The notes: a model not told the origin generated them from the sequence alone. Counted from the first letter of the stretch, positions 17,245 to 27,803 are shown. The stretch is 38,880 bases of DNA from an uncultured bacterium (GCA_964449065.1 CAYVAZ010000006.1:1-38880); one strand, 5' to 3'. Translations and numbers: made by a program.

Positions 17245-19347
17245 TTACGGATTCGACGATAGCAAAGAGGCGGCTTGCGGCGTGAAATCCATACAAACCA
17301 ATGTAACATCGTCTTCCAATGGTTCTATGTCAAGAGGGTGCTCGACATGGCGGGTAAGGTCATGAATTACATCTTGTAGAAATTGTTTTGCCGGTTTGTG
17401 GAAGTTATTAGCCAATTGCTCTTTAAGTCGTTCTTCCCCATAGCATTCCCGTGCGGGATTGAAGCATTCCACGATGCCATCGGTATACATCAGCAAGCGG
17501 TCTCCAACAGAAATGGTAATGGTACATTCCTCATATTCGGGCGTATCGATAATCCCGAGCGGAAGTCCTTTATCGACAGAGAGTTCTTCAATTACATTGG
17601 ATTCTTGCCGGTACAACATCGGTGGCGGGTGGCCGGCAAGAGAGTAAGTGAGTTGATTGGTTTCCAAATCAAAGCGTCCTAAAAAAAGGGTGACGAATTC
17701 GCCGCGGCGGGTAGTGTCAACCAGTTGCTCACTCAGTTCGTAGAGGATGGATTTCGGGGATTCTCGTTTTTCGATCAATGAATGGGCGATGGTGCGGGTG
17801 ATACCCATGATGAAAGCGGCCGGGGTGCCGTGGCCGGCAACATCCGCAATGAGGATATAAATGGTGTTGGGTCCGGTTTGGATAAAGTCGTAATAATCGC
17901 CCCCTGCTCTGCCGTTGGGGCTGTAAAAGGATTGAATTCTGAGGCCGTCCATCTCCAGCCCTTCGTGGGGCAGCAGTTTTTGCTGTAAGTCACCCACAAT
18001 TTTTAATTCTTCATCCATTTGGTTATAGGCTTCTTCCAGTTCATTGGATGTGGCTTCAAGAGATGAATTTTTTGCCTCTAATTCTTTGGTACGCTCTGCC
18101 ACTTTGGTTTCCAGTTCGCGGTTCCATTCTTCGATTTGCTGCACGTATTTCTTGGCTTCTTCTTCGCGCATCTGCAATTTGGTGGCCAGCTGTTGAATGA
18201 CTTCGCTGAGAGTTTGCAGTTCATCGCCGGAACGGACTTTGGCATCAACATCGTAACGCCCTTCACTCAGCAGCGATACCGTGGATGCTAACCGGCGCAC
18301 GGGCGCCGTGACCCCGCGTGAAAGAAGATAGCCGATGATCAACATGCCGCAAAATACCAGAATGCTGAACCACAGCACGGATTGATCAAGATAACGGAAC
18401 AAGTCCATCGTGTCATCCATTGGAGAAAAGAGGATATACGCGACTTTTTCATTGCCGTTGTTATGGTGGAGATACGATGCATAAGCCATATAAAGCCGAT
18501 CGTCAACCGACATAATTTTGGGCTCAATCAGCAAAGAAGAGCGGCCGTTTTCAATTGAAGCAAACCAGATACGCCGAAAGATATTGTTTTGCAAACCGGA
18601 TAGTGAAGAGGTCAATGGGGTGCCATCCGCCACAAAGCCGATTTCAAAGGGACTGTTCTTTTGCAAACTCACCGCCAATGTGTTATCGACGGCAAAGCCG
18701 AGGGTGACCGTACCACTCACTTTTGGATTGAGACCGAATTCATACACCGGGACCGTGCTAACCGCAAACAGACGAAAGCGGTTTTTATGTTGAATCGTTA
18801 CGTATGATTCTAAAGGTTGATTGGATTGCAAAACGCCGAATGGACGGTCACCGGCTATTTTTTGCAGATCGGAAGTTTGGTCAATCCAAATTTCCTCATC
18901 ATTTTCACTGATGGTAATGAATCCATCAATAACATTCCCTTTGCTGTCCGTGAAGACCAAAAACGAATGAGGATGATTGGAGGGATAATACATCCGTAAA
19001 AAACTTTCCATCATTTGCCCCTGGTTAAGCAGTTCCAACGTTTCGCGAACATCAAATTGCCCGGCAACGAGGAGGGCTTCGTTACGCAGCGACTCGGTTT
19101 TGGCTTCTATTAAATTATGGAAGAGGGATTTGAAATCCTCAAATTGAACGCTTTCTTTTTTCAGGATTTGATCGGTTACCACCGACTTAATGTGTGTCGT
19201 AACCAGCTGCATCAGCAACAAAAAGAGCGCCAAAAACAGCAAATAGACCTTAAACTGAAATGGAATGCGTATAAAACGTAGCATAGATTTGTGTTCGGTA
19301 GACCAAAGCCGGTTTTTTAACATGTCGTTGCGTATTTTGTTGTACAC
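17245..19347 (-). CDS. Membrane sensor PP2C/SpoIIE (RsbU-like) phosphatase with HAMP domain
   Basis: Two TM helices around a periplasmic domain, HAMP and coiled coil, then GGDYYD, IADVAGHG, LMYTDGIVE and DDVT. The true start may be 19323 or 19284. Confidence 0.92.
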   Translation of the reverse strand: MYNKIRNDMLKNRLWSTEHKSMLRFIRIPFQFKVYLLFLALFLLLMQLVTTHIKSVVTDQILKKESVQFEDFKSLFHNLIEAKTESLRNEALLVAGQFDVRETLELLNQGQMMESFLRMYYPSNHPHSFLVFTDSKGNVIDGFITISENDEEIWIDQTSDLQKIAGDRPFGVLQSNQPLESYVTIQHKNRFRLFAVSTVPVYEFGLNPKVSGTVTLGFAVDNTLAVSLQKNSPFEIGFVADGTPLTSSLSGLQNNIFRRIWFASIENGRSSLLIEPKIMSVDDRLYMAYASYLHHNNGNEKVAYILFSPMDDTMDLFRYLDQSVLWFSILVFCGMLIIGYLLSRGVTAPVRRLASTVSLLSEGRYDVDAKVRSGDELQTLSEVIQQLATKLQMREEEAKKYVQQIEEWNRELETKVAERTKELEAKNSSLEATSNELEEAYNQMDEELKIVGDLQQKLLPHEGLEMDGLRIQSFYSPNGRAGGDYYDFIQTGPNTIYILIADVAGHGTPAAFIMGITRTIAHSLIEKRESPKSILYELSEQLVDTTRRGEFVTLFLGRFDLETNQLTYSLAGHPPPMLYRQESNVIEELSVDKGLPLGIIDTPEYEECTITISVGDRLLMYTDGIVECFNPARECYGEERLKEQLANNFHKPAKQFLQDVIHDLTRHVEHPLDIEPLEDDVTLVCMDFTPQAASLLSSNP

Positions 19348-19377
19348 TACTATCCTGAAATTGTTCGGTAAATCAAG

Positions 19378-21684
19378 TTGAAATTGTATCCTTACTTCAA
19401 CACATTGCAGGAGCGTTTGTCATTAACCATGCGTGCAGCCCATTCCAATAAAAAGTTGCCGATCATATTCGGCTGCACGGCGATGCCGATTTTTTTACTC
19501 TATGTATATCACAATCCGGCAAGATGGGACGCACTTTTTTACTTTTTCTTTCCCGATTCCTTCTATTATTATAATCTCAGCAATGAATTGAACCTTCTGC
19601 ACATTGCTTTGATATGGCTTGCCGGGTATGGAGCAGGCAAACTCCTGTTCCGGCTTTTGAAGCCGCCGCAATCTTCTGTTCCGAATTGGATTATAGCAAT
19701 TGCTGCGGGGTGGGGACTGATTGCGTACTTAATGTTCGTGTTGACACTGCTCCACCTTCTACATCTGTTTCTCATTTACGCTGTTGTGCTTTTGTTTGCG
19801 GTATACGGTTTTTGGGATTCCCCCATCAATTTTACGTTCTTACGGAACGGTTTGGGTTCGGGATATTCATCCTGGAAATCGATGAGTTGGTCATTGCGTT
19901 TCATCGCGGTCATGATTGCCGTTACAGTGTTTTATGCGGTGATCTCATCATTGATGCCGCCGACGCAGTCGGATGGGCTGCGGTATCACCTCACCGTTCC
20001 CAAGTTGTATTTGTGGGAAGGGGGTTTTTACCTCATCCCCAATCTCTCGTTTTCCAATTTTCCTTTTTTGATTGAGTATTTGTTTTTGATCCCGTTGTCG
20101 CTGGAACAGAATTCCATACCGAAGCTGATTCATTGTTCTTACTTTATACTGACGTTGTTTTTGTTGTTTTATATGGGAAAGAAAACCGGTGGCAGCGAAT
20201 GCGCTTGGATATCAGTTTTGCTGGTATCGGCAACACCGTTCGTCCCGATATTTGCGTCCTGGTCGTTTATTGAATTCGGATTGACGTTTTATACACTTTT
20301 AGCATTTGCATTGGTTGTGGATTGGTGTGAAGCGCGGCGGGATGACGCAACGAACGCATCCTGGAACTGGCTGCTGTACGCCGGCATGGCGGCGGGGTTG
20401 GCAGTGAGTTGCAAATATACCGCGCTGGCTTCGGCGGCGGCGGTTGCGGGGTTTGTGTTTCTTTCCAGTATTGTCTACAAAAAGTCGTATCTTTCTTGGT
20501 TAGGGTTCAGTGTTACTGTGTTTTGGATCGCGGTATTGATCTCGCTGCCATGGTTTTTGAAGAATTGGATTTTGCTGGGAAATCCGGTGTATCCTTTTGC
20601 TGGAGGCGTGTTCCCGACACCGGGATGGTCGGAATTGAATGCAACGTTCTTCGCCTATCATGCCGGGATCAAAGGGGCGATGAATGTGTTTAAACAGATG
20701 CCGATTTGGTGGCAGATTGGCGATATTGTTACGCTGCCGTTTTATGCCACCTTCTTTCCCGGAGAAATTTATCATCAACCCTACAACTTCGGTTCGTGGC
20801 CGTTGGGGGCGGTTTGGCTTGCAAGTGTGCCGTTGCTCTTGCTCAACCGGCAATGGAATATTCGGACTGTGTATCATATTCTCTTCGCGGTGTTTTTATT
20901 TCTCTTGTGGGCGCTGACCTACCGGGATACCCGCTTTTTACTTCCTTGCCTGGCTGTGTTGGCGCCTGTCAGCGCACTGGTTTTATGGAATGCCTGCCGC
21001 TGCTGTGTATGGCCCAAGATATTGCTGCTCGTCTTGATTGGCTACAACCTATGCCAAACATCGGGACTGATGATGCTGGAAGCGTATGCCCCCTGGTGGG
21101 TGGTGAAAGGAATGACGACCGAAGAAGAATTTTTGCTGACACAAAGCCCGGATACGCGCATCCGCAATCATGCCTTTCAGTATTTGGAGGCGAACACCAA
21201 GCGTGATGAAACAGTGCTGCTGCACGGCATTGAACAAACGTTTTATTGCCCCAATGACGCGGTGTTTGCCGACTGGTTTGATACCGACCCGCTGATTGAA
21301 ATGTCTTGGGAAGTTCCATCCGTTGAGGAATTGATTGCCGTGCTGAAAGAACAGGGAGTTCAGTATATCGTGCATGATTATGGCAACATTCATCGGTACA
21401 ACACACCCCGGCAGCCCTACTACCGCTTTTTTTGCTTACCGCAAGAAAAGAGTTTACCCCTGCTGAACGAGTGGGTTGCGAATGAGAAAAACCGCGTGCT
21501 GTATCCGGCGGTGTATAAACTGTGGTATCCTGAATTTATGCGGCGGTTGAACCGGAGTTATGAAACCGCCCCGAATGTGCAAATCCTTCAAACCTTATTG
21601 AACGGGGGAGTGTTGGAAGAAGTCTACCGCTTTGACCCGAATGAAAATGATCCCACCGATGGGATTAGAATATTGAAAATGTAA
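19378..21684 (+). CDS. GT-C fold (ArnT/GT39-like) membrane glycosyltransferase
   Basis: PPTQSDGLRYHLTVPK, KYTA, PWFLKNWILLGNPVYPF and TRFLLP, with many TM helices. The start may be 19429 or 19483. Confidence 0.78.
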   Translation: MKLYPYFNTLQERLSLTMRAAHSNKKLPIIFGCTAMPIFLLYVYHNPARWDALFYFFFPDSFYYYNLSNELNLLHIALIWLAGYGAGKLLFRLLKPPQSSVPNWIIAIAAGWGLIAYLMFVLTLLHLLHLFLIYAVVLLFAVYGFWDSPINFTFLRNGLGSGYSSWKSMSWSLRFIAVMIAVTVFYAVISSLMPPTQSDGLRYHLTVPKLYLWEGGFYLIPNLSFSNFPFLIEYLFLIPLSLEQNSIPKLIHCSYFILTLFLLFYMGKKTGGSECAWISVLLVSATPFVPIFASWSFIEFGLTFYTLLAFALVVDWCEARRDDATNASWNWLLYAGMAAGLAVSCKYTALASAAAVAGFVFLSSIVYKKSYLSWLGFSVTVFWIAVLISLPWFLKNWILLGNPVYPFAGGVFPTPGWSELNATFFAYHAGIKGAMNVFKQMPIWWQIGDIVTLPFYATFFPGEIYHQPYNFGSWPLGAVWLASVPLLLLNRQWNIRTVYHILFAVFLFLLWALTYRDTRFLLPCLAVLAPVSALVLWNACRCCVWPKILLLVLIGYNLCQTSGLMMLEAYAPWWVVKGMTTEEEFLLTQSPDTRIRNHAFQYLEANTKRDETVLLHGIEQTFYCPNDAVFADWFDTDPLIEMSWEVPSVEELIAVLKEQGVQYIVHDYGNIHRYNTPRQPYYRFFCLPQEKSLPLLNEWVANEKNRVLYPAVYKLWYPEFMRRLNRSYETAPNVQILQTLLNGGVLEEVYRFDPNENDPTDGIRILKM

Positions 21685-22093
21685 AACGTGTTGTTCCACA
21701 CACAATTACATGATTAAAATCAACGGTGTAGTTTGGAGTGATTTCGTAATATGAAAAATGGTGTGAGGGATGGATAAACTCTAATGTCTCTTCCTGTGTG
21801 TTCCCCAAAGGATCCGTATATGTGAGAATGGCGTTTCCGTTCGAACTTACGTTCCAATACAAAGGATAGTATTTGCATTTCTCGTTATCCGCCAAAGTTC
21901 CAATTGAAAGATTGACTTCCGCGTTTGCCGATTGAAATTTGATCATCACGTTTGATAGTGTTGAATCACTTTGATTGCGGATGGTGATGGACGGCCCAAA
22001 GGTTTTCGCGTATTCCATTTTTATAAGGTTATAGAATAATGGAGCGAGAAATATGGAACAAAAACCGGAAATGAGCAAAAGATTACGGATCAT
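21665..22093 (-). CDS. Hypothetical protein with an N-terminal TM segment and Ig-like beta pattern
   Basis: Overlaps the stop of the upstream hydrolase (operon-like). ITIRNQSDSTLSNVMI. Confidence 0.55.
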   Translation of the reverse strand: MIRNLLLISGFCSIFLAPLFYNLIKMEYAKTFGPSITIRNQSDSTLSNVMIKFQSANAEVNLSIGTLADNEKCKYYPLYWNVSSNGNAILTYTDPLGNTQEETLEFIHPSHHFSYYEITPNYTVDFNHVIVCGTTRFTFSIF

Positions 22094-22856
22094 TCGTTTT
22101 TACCTTCTCCATCGATTGGAATTGCCAAAACCAGTCATACAACGCCTCGTAATGATACACATCTTCCCAAATTCGATGGCCTTTGTCTTGCAGCAATGTG
22201 TAGTTGATGTTTTCGTTGTGGTCTTTCAATGCCCCCATTAATAGCAAACTGTTTTCGACCGGGACGACTTTGTCTTTCTTGCCGTGAAAAATCCATACCG
22301 GCAGGTGGGTAAGATTTTGCCGTACCGCTTTCGGGTCGGCGGTCCCGGCGATGGGGACGATGGCGGCAAAGCGGTTGGGGTAAAAAATGCTGAGCATCCA
22401 TACCGCATCCGCGCCGTCGTCGAAGCCCGTGAGATAGATGCGCGAGGGATCGATCTCAAACTGCTGCCGCAGCGTGTTGAGAAACGAGATCAGTTTGGTG
22501 GCTTCCCATTCGTCGGTACCGGAAATGGGGGCGGCAATCAAATAGGGGAACTCATCCTGCGAGACGGCATGGGTAATGGGGCTTTGGTTTAAGGCTTGTT
22601 CCTTACCATCTTCCACGGATTGGGCTTCGTCGTGCAGATAGACAATCAGCGGATAGTTCTCGCCAGGCGCGCCGTAGCCTTTGGGAATGTAGCAAAGGAA
22701 GGGGTAGACCTCCAAGCCTTCATACAGCATGGCGGTTTGTACCGGTTCCGGAGCGTGTTCATCTTTAGAAGGCCCGAGATTGCGGTAGATCAGCACATAA
22801 TACAGGCTCAATACAATCAAAAAGATAATGAGAAAGCGTACAACGATCATAAACAC
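22083..22856 (-). CDS. Membrane-anchored alpha/beta hydrolase (phospholipase/carboxylesterase-like) with an atypical nucleophile elbow
   Basis: YPLIVYLH, IDPSRIYLTGFDDG, FAAIVPIAG, PVWIFHGKKDKVV and KGHRIW. Confidence 0.82.
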   Translation of the reverse strand: MFMIVVRFLIIFLIVLSLYYVLIYRNLGPSKDEHAPEPVQTAMLYEGLEVYPFLCYIPKGYGAPGENYPLIVYLHDEAQSVEDGKEQALNQSPITHAVSQDEFPYLIAAPISGTDEWEATKLISFLNTLRQQFEIDPSRIYLTGFDDGADAVWMLSIFYPNRFAAIVPIAGTADPKAVRQNLTHLPVWIFHGKKDKVVPVENSLLLMGALKDHNENINYTLLQDKGHRIWEDVYHYEALYDWFWQFQSMEKVKTNDP

Positions 22857-22956
22857 ATCCTGAATGTTTCTTTATAGTGTATCGCATATGATTTTACTTT
22901 TCCGAATATTTTTGGATAATAGGGATATCATGAAAATAACAGAGGAGACCAAAATA

Positions 22957-23844
22957 ATGAAGAGAGTAATGACCGGCATATTTGTGATGACACTGTTCAC
23001 GGTATTCAACCTGCCTTTACATGCACAGGAAACGCTCAACATTATCGCGTTAGGGGCGCACCCCGATGATTGTGAGATTAACATGACCGGCTGCGCGATC
23101 AAATGGGCAAAAATGGGGCATAAGGTCAAACTGGTATCGACCACCAACGGCGATATCGGGCATTCGGTGATGGCGGGCGGCCCGCTGGCACAGCGGCGGA
23201 TTCAAGAAGTAAAAGACATTGCGGCAGAGTTCGGCTTTGAGGCGGAAGTGCTTGACAACCACGACGGCGAACTGATGCCTACGTTGGAAAACCGCAAAAA
23301 GATCATCCGGCTGATCCGCGAATGGAACGCTGATTTGGTACTGACCAACCGCACCAACGATTACCACCCCGACCACCGCTACAACGGTATTTTGGTACAG
23401 GATGCGGCGTTTATGGTGACGGTGCCCTTTATGTGCCCGGATACCCCGCATTTGAAAAAGAACCCGGTCTTCATGTATTGGCCCGACCGCTTCCAAAAGC
23501 CTTATCCGTTTTCACCGGATATTGTAGTACCGGTGGATGATGTGATCGAGCACAAATACAAAGCGATGGACAAATTGGAATCGCAGTTTTATGAGAGAGG
23601 CGCGGGCGGCAGCGGCGACCCGGCGGATTTCTTTACCGGAACCTGGGCGGAGAAACTCGACTTCTTAAAACGCCGCTTCGACCGCCGTTTCCGCATGAAA
23701 GAGGATTGGATGCCTGTATTGAAAGAATATGTCAGTGCCAAAAAGGCCAGGCAGGTAAAATATGTTGAAGCCTTTGAAATCTGCGAATACGGCTCTCAGC
23801 CATCGAAAGAGGATTTAAAGAAACTGTTCCCGTTTTTTCAATAA
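22957..23844 (+). CDS. Exported PIG-L/LmbE-family N-deacetylase
   Basis: GAHPDD, TNGD and DYHPDH. Signal peptide after the GAGGAG RBS and ATG 22957. Confidence 0.9.
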   Translation: MKRVMTGIFVMTLFTVFNLPLHAQETLNIIALGAHPDDCEINMTGCAIKWAKMGHKVKLVSTTNGDIGHSVMAGGPLAQRRIQEVKDIAAEFGFEAEVLDNHDGELMPTLENRKKIIRLIREWNADLVLTNRTNDYHPDHRYNGILVQDAAFMVTVPFMCPDTPHLKKNPVFMYWPDRFQKPYPFSPDIVVPVDDVIEHKYKAMDKLESQFYERGAGGSGDPADFFTGTWAEKLDFLKRRFDRRFRMKEDWMPVLKEYVSAKKARQVKYVEAFEICEYGSQPSKEDLKKLFPFFQ

Positions 23845-24234
23845 AGTATGGTTGTTAAGATTGTTACACCGCCATTGGTTATAGCCGATAATGAAGGCTG
23901 AAAAATGGATGCCTGGAACGAGAAGGATTTGGTGTGGCATGAACGAATTTTATCCTAAACCGCAGCAATAAATTGGTGAGAAGTTGAGACGAACATGGAG
24001 GTGAGGGAAAGACGTCATTTGTAAAATTGCGGCAGGGAGATGCTGAAGCACACAACTTCCCCAGCATGGATATAAATTCGATTAATACCAATTTTATTTC
24101 GGATTGTTCAGACAGAAAACCGTTGCGTCTTTCTCACGCTGAGGCTTAGCGCCGCGCTTACTTCACCATCCTAAATAGAAACGGTATCAAACCAAGTTGC
24201 AGTGAAAATGTTCTTTATGAATTGCTTTACTATT

Positions 24235-24292
24235 GTAGGGGCCGCTTCCCGTGGCGACCCTGATGTGGGTAACCACTGGGGGTTACACCTAC
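24235..24292. repeat. GTAG-type REP doublet (REPIN-like)
   Basis: GTAGGGGCCGCTTCCCGTGGCGACCC ... GGGTAACCACTGGGGGTTACACCTAC, two inverted hairpin units bounded by GTAG/CTAC. Confidence 0.65.
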
Positions 24293-24492
24293 CAAAATAA
24301 CAGATGCAATCACACGCTTTTTTCGCAACCTGGCAGAAGACCAGTAATGTTAAGGATCCATTGTTCGCATTCGCTCGCGCAATTAATAGAGATACAAAAG
24401 AAGAAATACCGTAAGAAACGCCCATGGAATTCATCTGAAATTTGAGATCTATACCAAGCCCTGCTTTTATTGTCATTCATACTTGAACGCGT

Positions 24493-25536
24493 CTAATTGT
24501 GACCGTAATAGTATTGGCTATGGCTTTTGTGTTCTAACTTTGGTTCGATATTCTCAAATTTAAATTCGGGTGAGAAAGCATGAATGACCTCATTTGGCAA
24601 CGTGATTTTATGATTTAGATGAGGCTTCGTTTTATTAAGAATAAGACAAACATGGCTATTTTTCGAACTGGTTTGTTTAAAATGGGCAGCATAATTCTGT
24701 ACAATGTTTGGGGTCATTTCCGAAAAAGACGCGCTATTCCAAAGTAAATCTATGTTGACGTTTAAGTGTTCAATTTGCCACGGGCAAAGGCACAATATTT
24801 CCATCTCGGAATGATCGGTAAATTCAATGGTATGCTGTTTCCGGGTGGTTGAATAATCTATGACACTATTGCCGAAATGGTGCTTTAAATATTGAGTCGC
24901 GATGTAAATCATTGGAGGGATATCAATATAAACAACTTTTTTGATGTTTGGAAACATGGTTAGCATAAGATGAGGCCAAGCACCGAACCCACCCCCAATT
25001 TCCATTATATTTGTTAACTTGGATATAGGAACATATTGGGAGAAATTGTGTATACGAATGATAAAATCAATATACAAGCGGGCATAAATAGTATTATTAA
25101 TTTCCACAGTATCTTCGCAACCGCCATGCATCGTGTCGGGGATGGCATAGGTTTGGATGACTTCATTGAGCCATTGGCCAAAGCGGCATTCGTAATATTG
25201 ACTTTTATAATAACGGGATTCATGAATATAGTTTAATATGAGTTGCTTGTATAATTCAATGATCACGTTGATTTTAGGAAAGTTCGTTATCATTTTCATC
25301 ATTTTTGTTTTTATGCTGTTGTGGTCTTCTAATAATTGCAGAGGATCTTTTGTAATGGTATCTGCATATCCTTTCCCGATTTCTGCATAGTTCCTGAAAT
25401 TTGATATTCCATATTGCTGGATTCCGTGTACGACTCTTTTTTGGTATCCTTTCCAATAATCACCAGGAAGATAGATATCTTTTTGATTGTATTGATCTTG
25501 CACCATCAGATCAAGTAACTCTTGATTGTCTTTCAT
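24493..25536 (-). CDS. Putative sugar O-methyltransferase (class I SAM, TIGR04371-like)
   Basis: IMEIGGGFG, YIDIPP and DLLWNSASFSEM. AT-rich, with RBS AGGAG. Confidence 0.75.
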   Translation of the reverse strand: MKDNQELLDLMVQDQYNQKDIYLPGDYWKGYQKRVVHGIQQYGISNFRNYAEIGKGYADTITKDPLQLLEDHNSIKTKMMKMITNFPKINVIIELYKQLILNYIHESRYYKSQYYECRFGQWLNEVIQTYAIPDTMHGGCEDTVEINNTIYARLYIDFIIRIHNFSQYVPISKLTNIMEIGGGFGAWPHLMLTMFPNIKKVVYIDIPPMIYIATQYLKHHFGNSVIDYSTTRKQHTIEFTDHSEMEILCLCPWQIEHLNVNIDLLWNSASFSEMTPNIVQNYAAHFKQTSSKNSHVCLILNKTKPHLNHKITLPNEVIHAFSPEFKFENIEPKLEHKSHSQYYYGHN

Positions 25537-25660
25537 TATTTCTCCTGAATTCGTTGATAGGGTTTGGTTGAATTGAATTGGATCATTTTAAGTTCTTTCC
25601 TTAAATAATATACAGAATAACTCCAAAATTGCATTTTTAAAATCAGGATACTAGCCGAAT

Positions 25661-26365
25661 TTATAGGGAGTTTAACTCCCTTATTGAGATTTTAACAGCC
25701 GGTGGATCGCCCAACTCATCCACCACCTTATCGGCTTCGGAAAAATCTTCATCCCGCGTATAACTGCTTTTGGTGACGAGGCATTTCATTTCGGCGGCTT
25801 TGGCGGCCAAAAGGCCGTTGCGGCTGTCTTCAATCACAACACAGTCTTTCGCGTTGAGCCCCATTTCCGTCTTCGCGAGATTATAAATATCCGGCGCGGG
25901 TTTTTTTTTCTCAATCATATCCCCCGCGAAGATTTTAAAATGCTCTTGACGGCCTTCACCCAACATGCGTTCCACCACTAAGGTGACCGCCCGTACATTT
26001 GAGGTTGAGCAAACCGCGATTTGCAATCCGTCCGCAATTATTTCATCAACCAAACGGGCAACACCCGGGCGCAGTGGGAGCTGGCCGGTATCGATGATGT
26101 TCATAAAGGCATCGGTTTTGATTTGATGCATTTCTTTAATGAAGGCATCCTGATCGGTTATTCCTTCCGGATAGCCGTTTTGTTGAAAAAAATGCTTCAT
26201 GCGTTCCTTGCCGCCGGCAATCTGCAACAGTTCTCCGTAGAGTTCCACATCCCATTCGATGCCGAGCCCTTTTTGTTGAAACGCCTGGTTAAAAGCCACC
26301 CGGTGGCCGTCGCGTTCAGTATCGACCAATACACCATCGCAATCGAATAATACGGCTTTCAGCAT
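25661..26365 (-). CDS. HAD-IA hydrolase, CbbY-like
   Basis: FDCDGVLVDTERDGHRVAFN, GGKERM, LRPGV, KKPAPDIY and IEDSRNG. Confidence 0.9.
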   Translation of the reverse strand: MLKAVLFDCDGVLVDTERDGHRVAFNQAFQQKGLGIEWDVELYGELLQIAGGKERMKHFFQQNGYPEGITDQDAFIKEMHQIKTDAFMNIIDTGQLPLRPGVARLVDEIIADGLQIAVCSTSNVRAVTLVVERMLGEGRQEHFKIFAGDMIEKKKPAPDIYNLAKTEMGLNAKDCVVIEDSRNGLLAAKAAEMKCLVTKSSYTRDEDFSEADKVVDELGDPPAVKISIRELNSL

Positions 26366-26437
26366 GATGCAACCTTTTCTTTTTTTGTTTGATTTGATAA
26401 AGTACGAGTACAAATCATACACGAAACCGGGGATCAG

Positions 26438-27301
26438 ATGAAACCTTCCAAGCCCGATTATACTATCCGAACCATGCTGACTTGGGATTTGCCGGCCTGT
26501 CATATTCTGAAAGAACAATTGATCTGGAACCAAACCTTTTCGGATTGGAAACGCTTTTTATCTTACAACCCGGAAGGCTGTTTTGTCGCGGTCGCGGAAG
26601 AAAAAATTATCGGCACGGTTTGTACGATTGCGTATGAAGACAAGTTCGGCTGGGTGGCGATGGTGATTGTTGACCAAGAGTTCCACCGCATGGGCATCGG
26701 GAAGGCGCTGCTTCATGCCGGTATTGAGCATTTGCGGAACCGGGGCCTAACCGTGAAGTTGGATGCGACCCCGGAAGGCAAGTTGTTGTATGATTCATTG
26801 GGGTTTGTGGATGAATATAAAGCCGCGCGCTACGCGGGAAAGCATTTAACTCTGGATAAGCCGGCGTTGGAATGCGAGCCGGTAACCGCCGCGGATTGGG
26901 ATGAAATTGAAATATTCGACCGTGAGGTATTCGGCGCCTCGCGGCGCATGGTGTTGGAATCGTACTTTCAAGGCTATCCGCAATATTCGTTTTTGGTGAG
27001 GGTGAAAGGCAAGATCGAGGGATACATTACCGCCAGAGACGGCTCGTTCGCGTTTCATCCCGGCCCGTGGGTTGCGAGATCTCCTGAAATTGCCAAAAAC
27101 TTATTTCTGACGGTTATCCATCAACGCAAGACAGAGGATGTTTATGTTGACGCCTTGGATCAGAATGCAGCGGTAACCGGCTTTTTGCAAGAAATCGGTT
27201 TTACCATCCAACGGCCTTTGATCCGCATGTATTTAGGGGAGAACAATCATCCCGGCAAGCCGGAGTGGGTATGTGGGATTAGCGGCCCGGAATTGGGGTA
27301 G
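26438..27301 (+). CDS. GNAT acetyltransferase (YitH-like, tandem GNAT)
   Basis: VIVDQEFHRMGIGKALL, LDATPEGKLLYDSLGF, FDREVFGASR and GPWVA. Confidence 0.9.
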   Translation: MKPSKPDYTIRTMLTWDLPACHILKEQLIWNQTFSDWKRFLSYNPEGCFVAVAEEKIIGTVCTIAYEDKFGWVAMVIVDQEFHRMGIGKALLHAGIEHLRNRGLTVKLDATPEGKLLYDSLGFVDEYKAARYAGKHLTLDKPALECEPVTAADWDEIEIFDREVFGASRRMVLESYFQGYPQYSFLVRVKGKIEGYITARDGSFAFHPGPWVARSPEIAKNLFLTVIHQRKTEDVYVDALDQNAAVTGFLQEIGFTIQRPLIRMYLGENNHPGKPEWVCGISGPELG

Positions 27302-27627
27302 ACCGTTCATGCTTATAAATTTGATAATGAATATCAAACGTTTTGGCTTTATTAATTAGGTCACGGGCAGAGGAGTAAGTAGGCAGAATGAACATCATAT
27401 CATCCGCATTTTCTTCCGCATCATCTGTTGAGGAGTCATGCGAAGAGCGGTATTGCAGCATTTCCTGCGTAAGACTCGCCAAAAGTTGATGGCGGCTTTC
27501 CATAGCCAAACATGTGAGGATAACGTTATACATGGTTTTCACTTACGAAATAGAGTAAAGTGGTGATTTATAGTTGTTTATCATTATGGATTCGTTAGTG
27601 TTTAATTCAGGATTATTTAAAAAATTC

Positions 27628-27803
27628 GTAACAGGTCAGCGATATGAAGTGCATTTTCAAAAAAATCGAATAGATTTTCTCATTCCTCCCCCAATGCAAT
27701 GGGGGAGGTTAGGTGGGGGTTAAACGCTCAGTGCTTCAAACCCTCCCCTAACCCCTCCCACCTTTGGGAGGGGAAATTTCTCTTCAAGCGGCTGACCTAT
27801 TAC
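27628..27803. mobile_element. 176-bp MITE with IS66-like ends (copy 1)
   Basis: TIR GTAACAGGTCAGC / GCTGACCTATTAC, 8-bp target duplication AAAAATTC (27620-27627 and 27804-27811) and internal GC hairpins. A second copy starts at 35151. Confidence 0.85.

Noticed and set aside
25661-26365. CbbY as evidence for a Calvin cycle
   Set aside because: CbbY-like HAD phosphatases are widespread and no other cbb genes are present.
27279-27542. 87-aa minus-strand ORF
   Set aside because: No clear RBS or motif. It could be a real small gene but cannot be supported from sequence alone.
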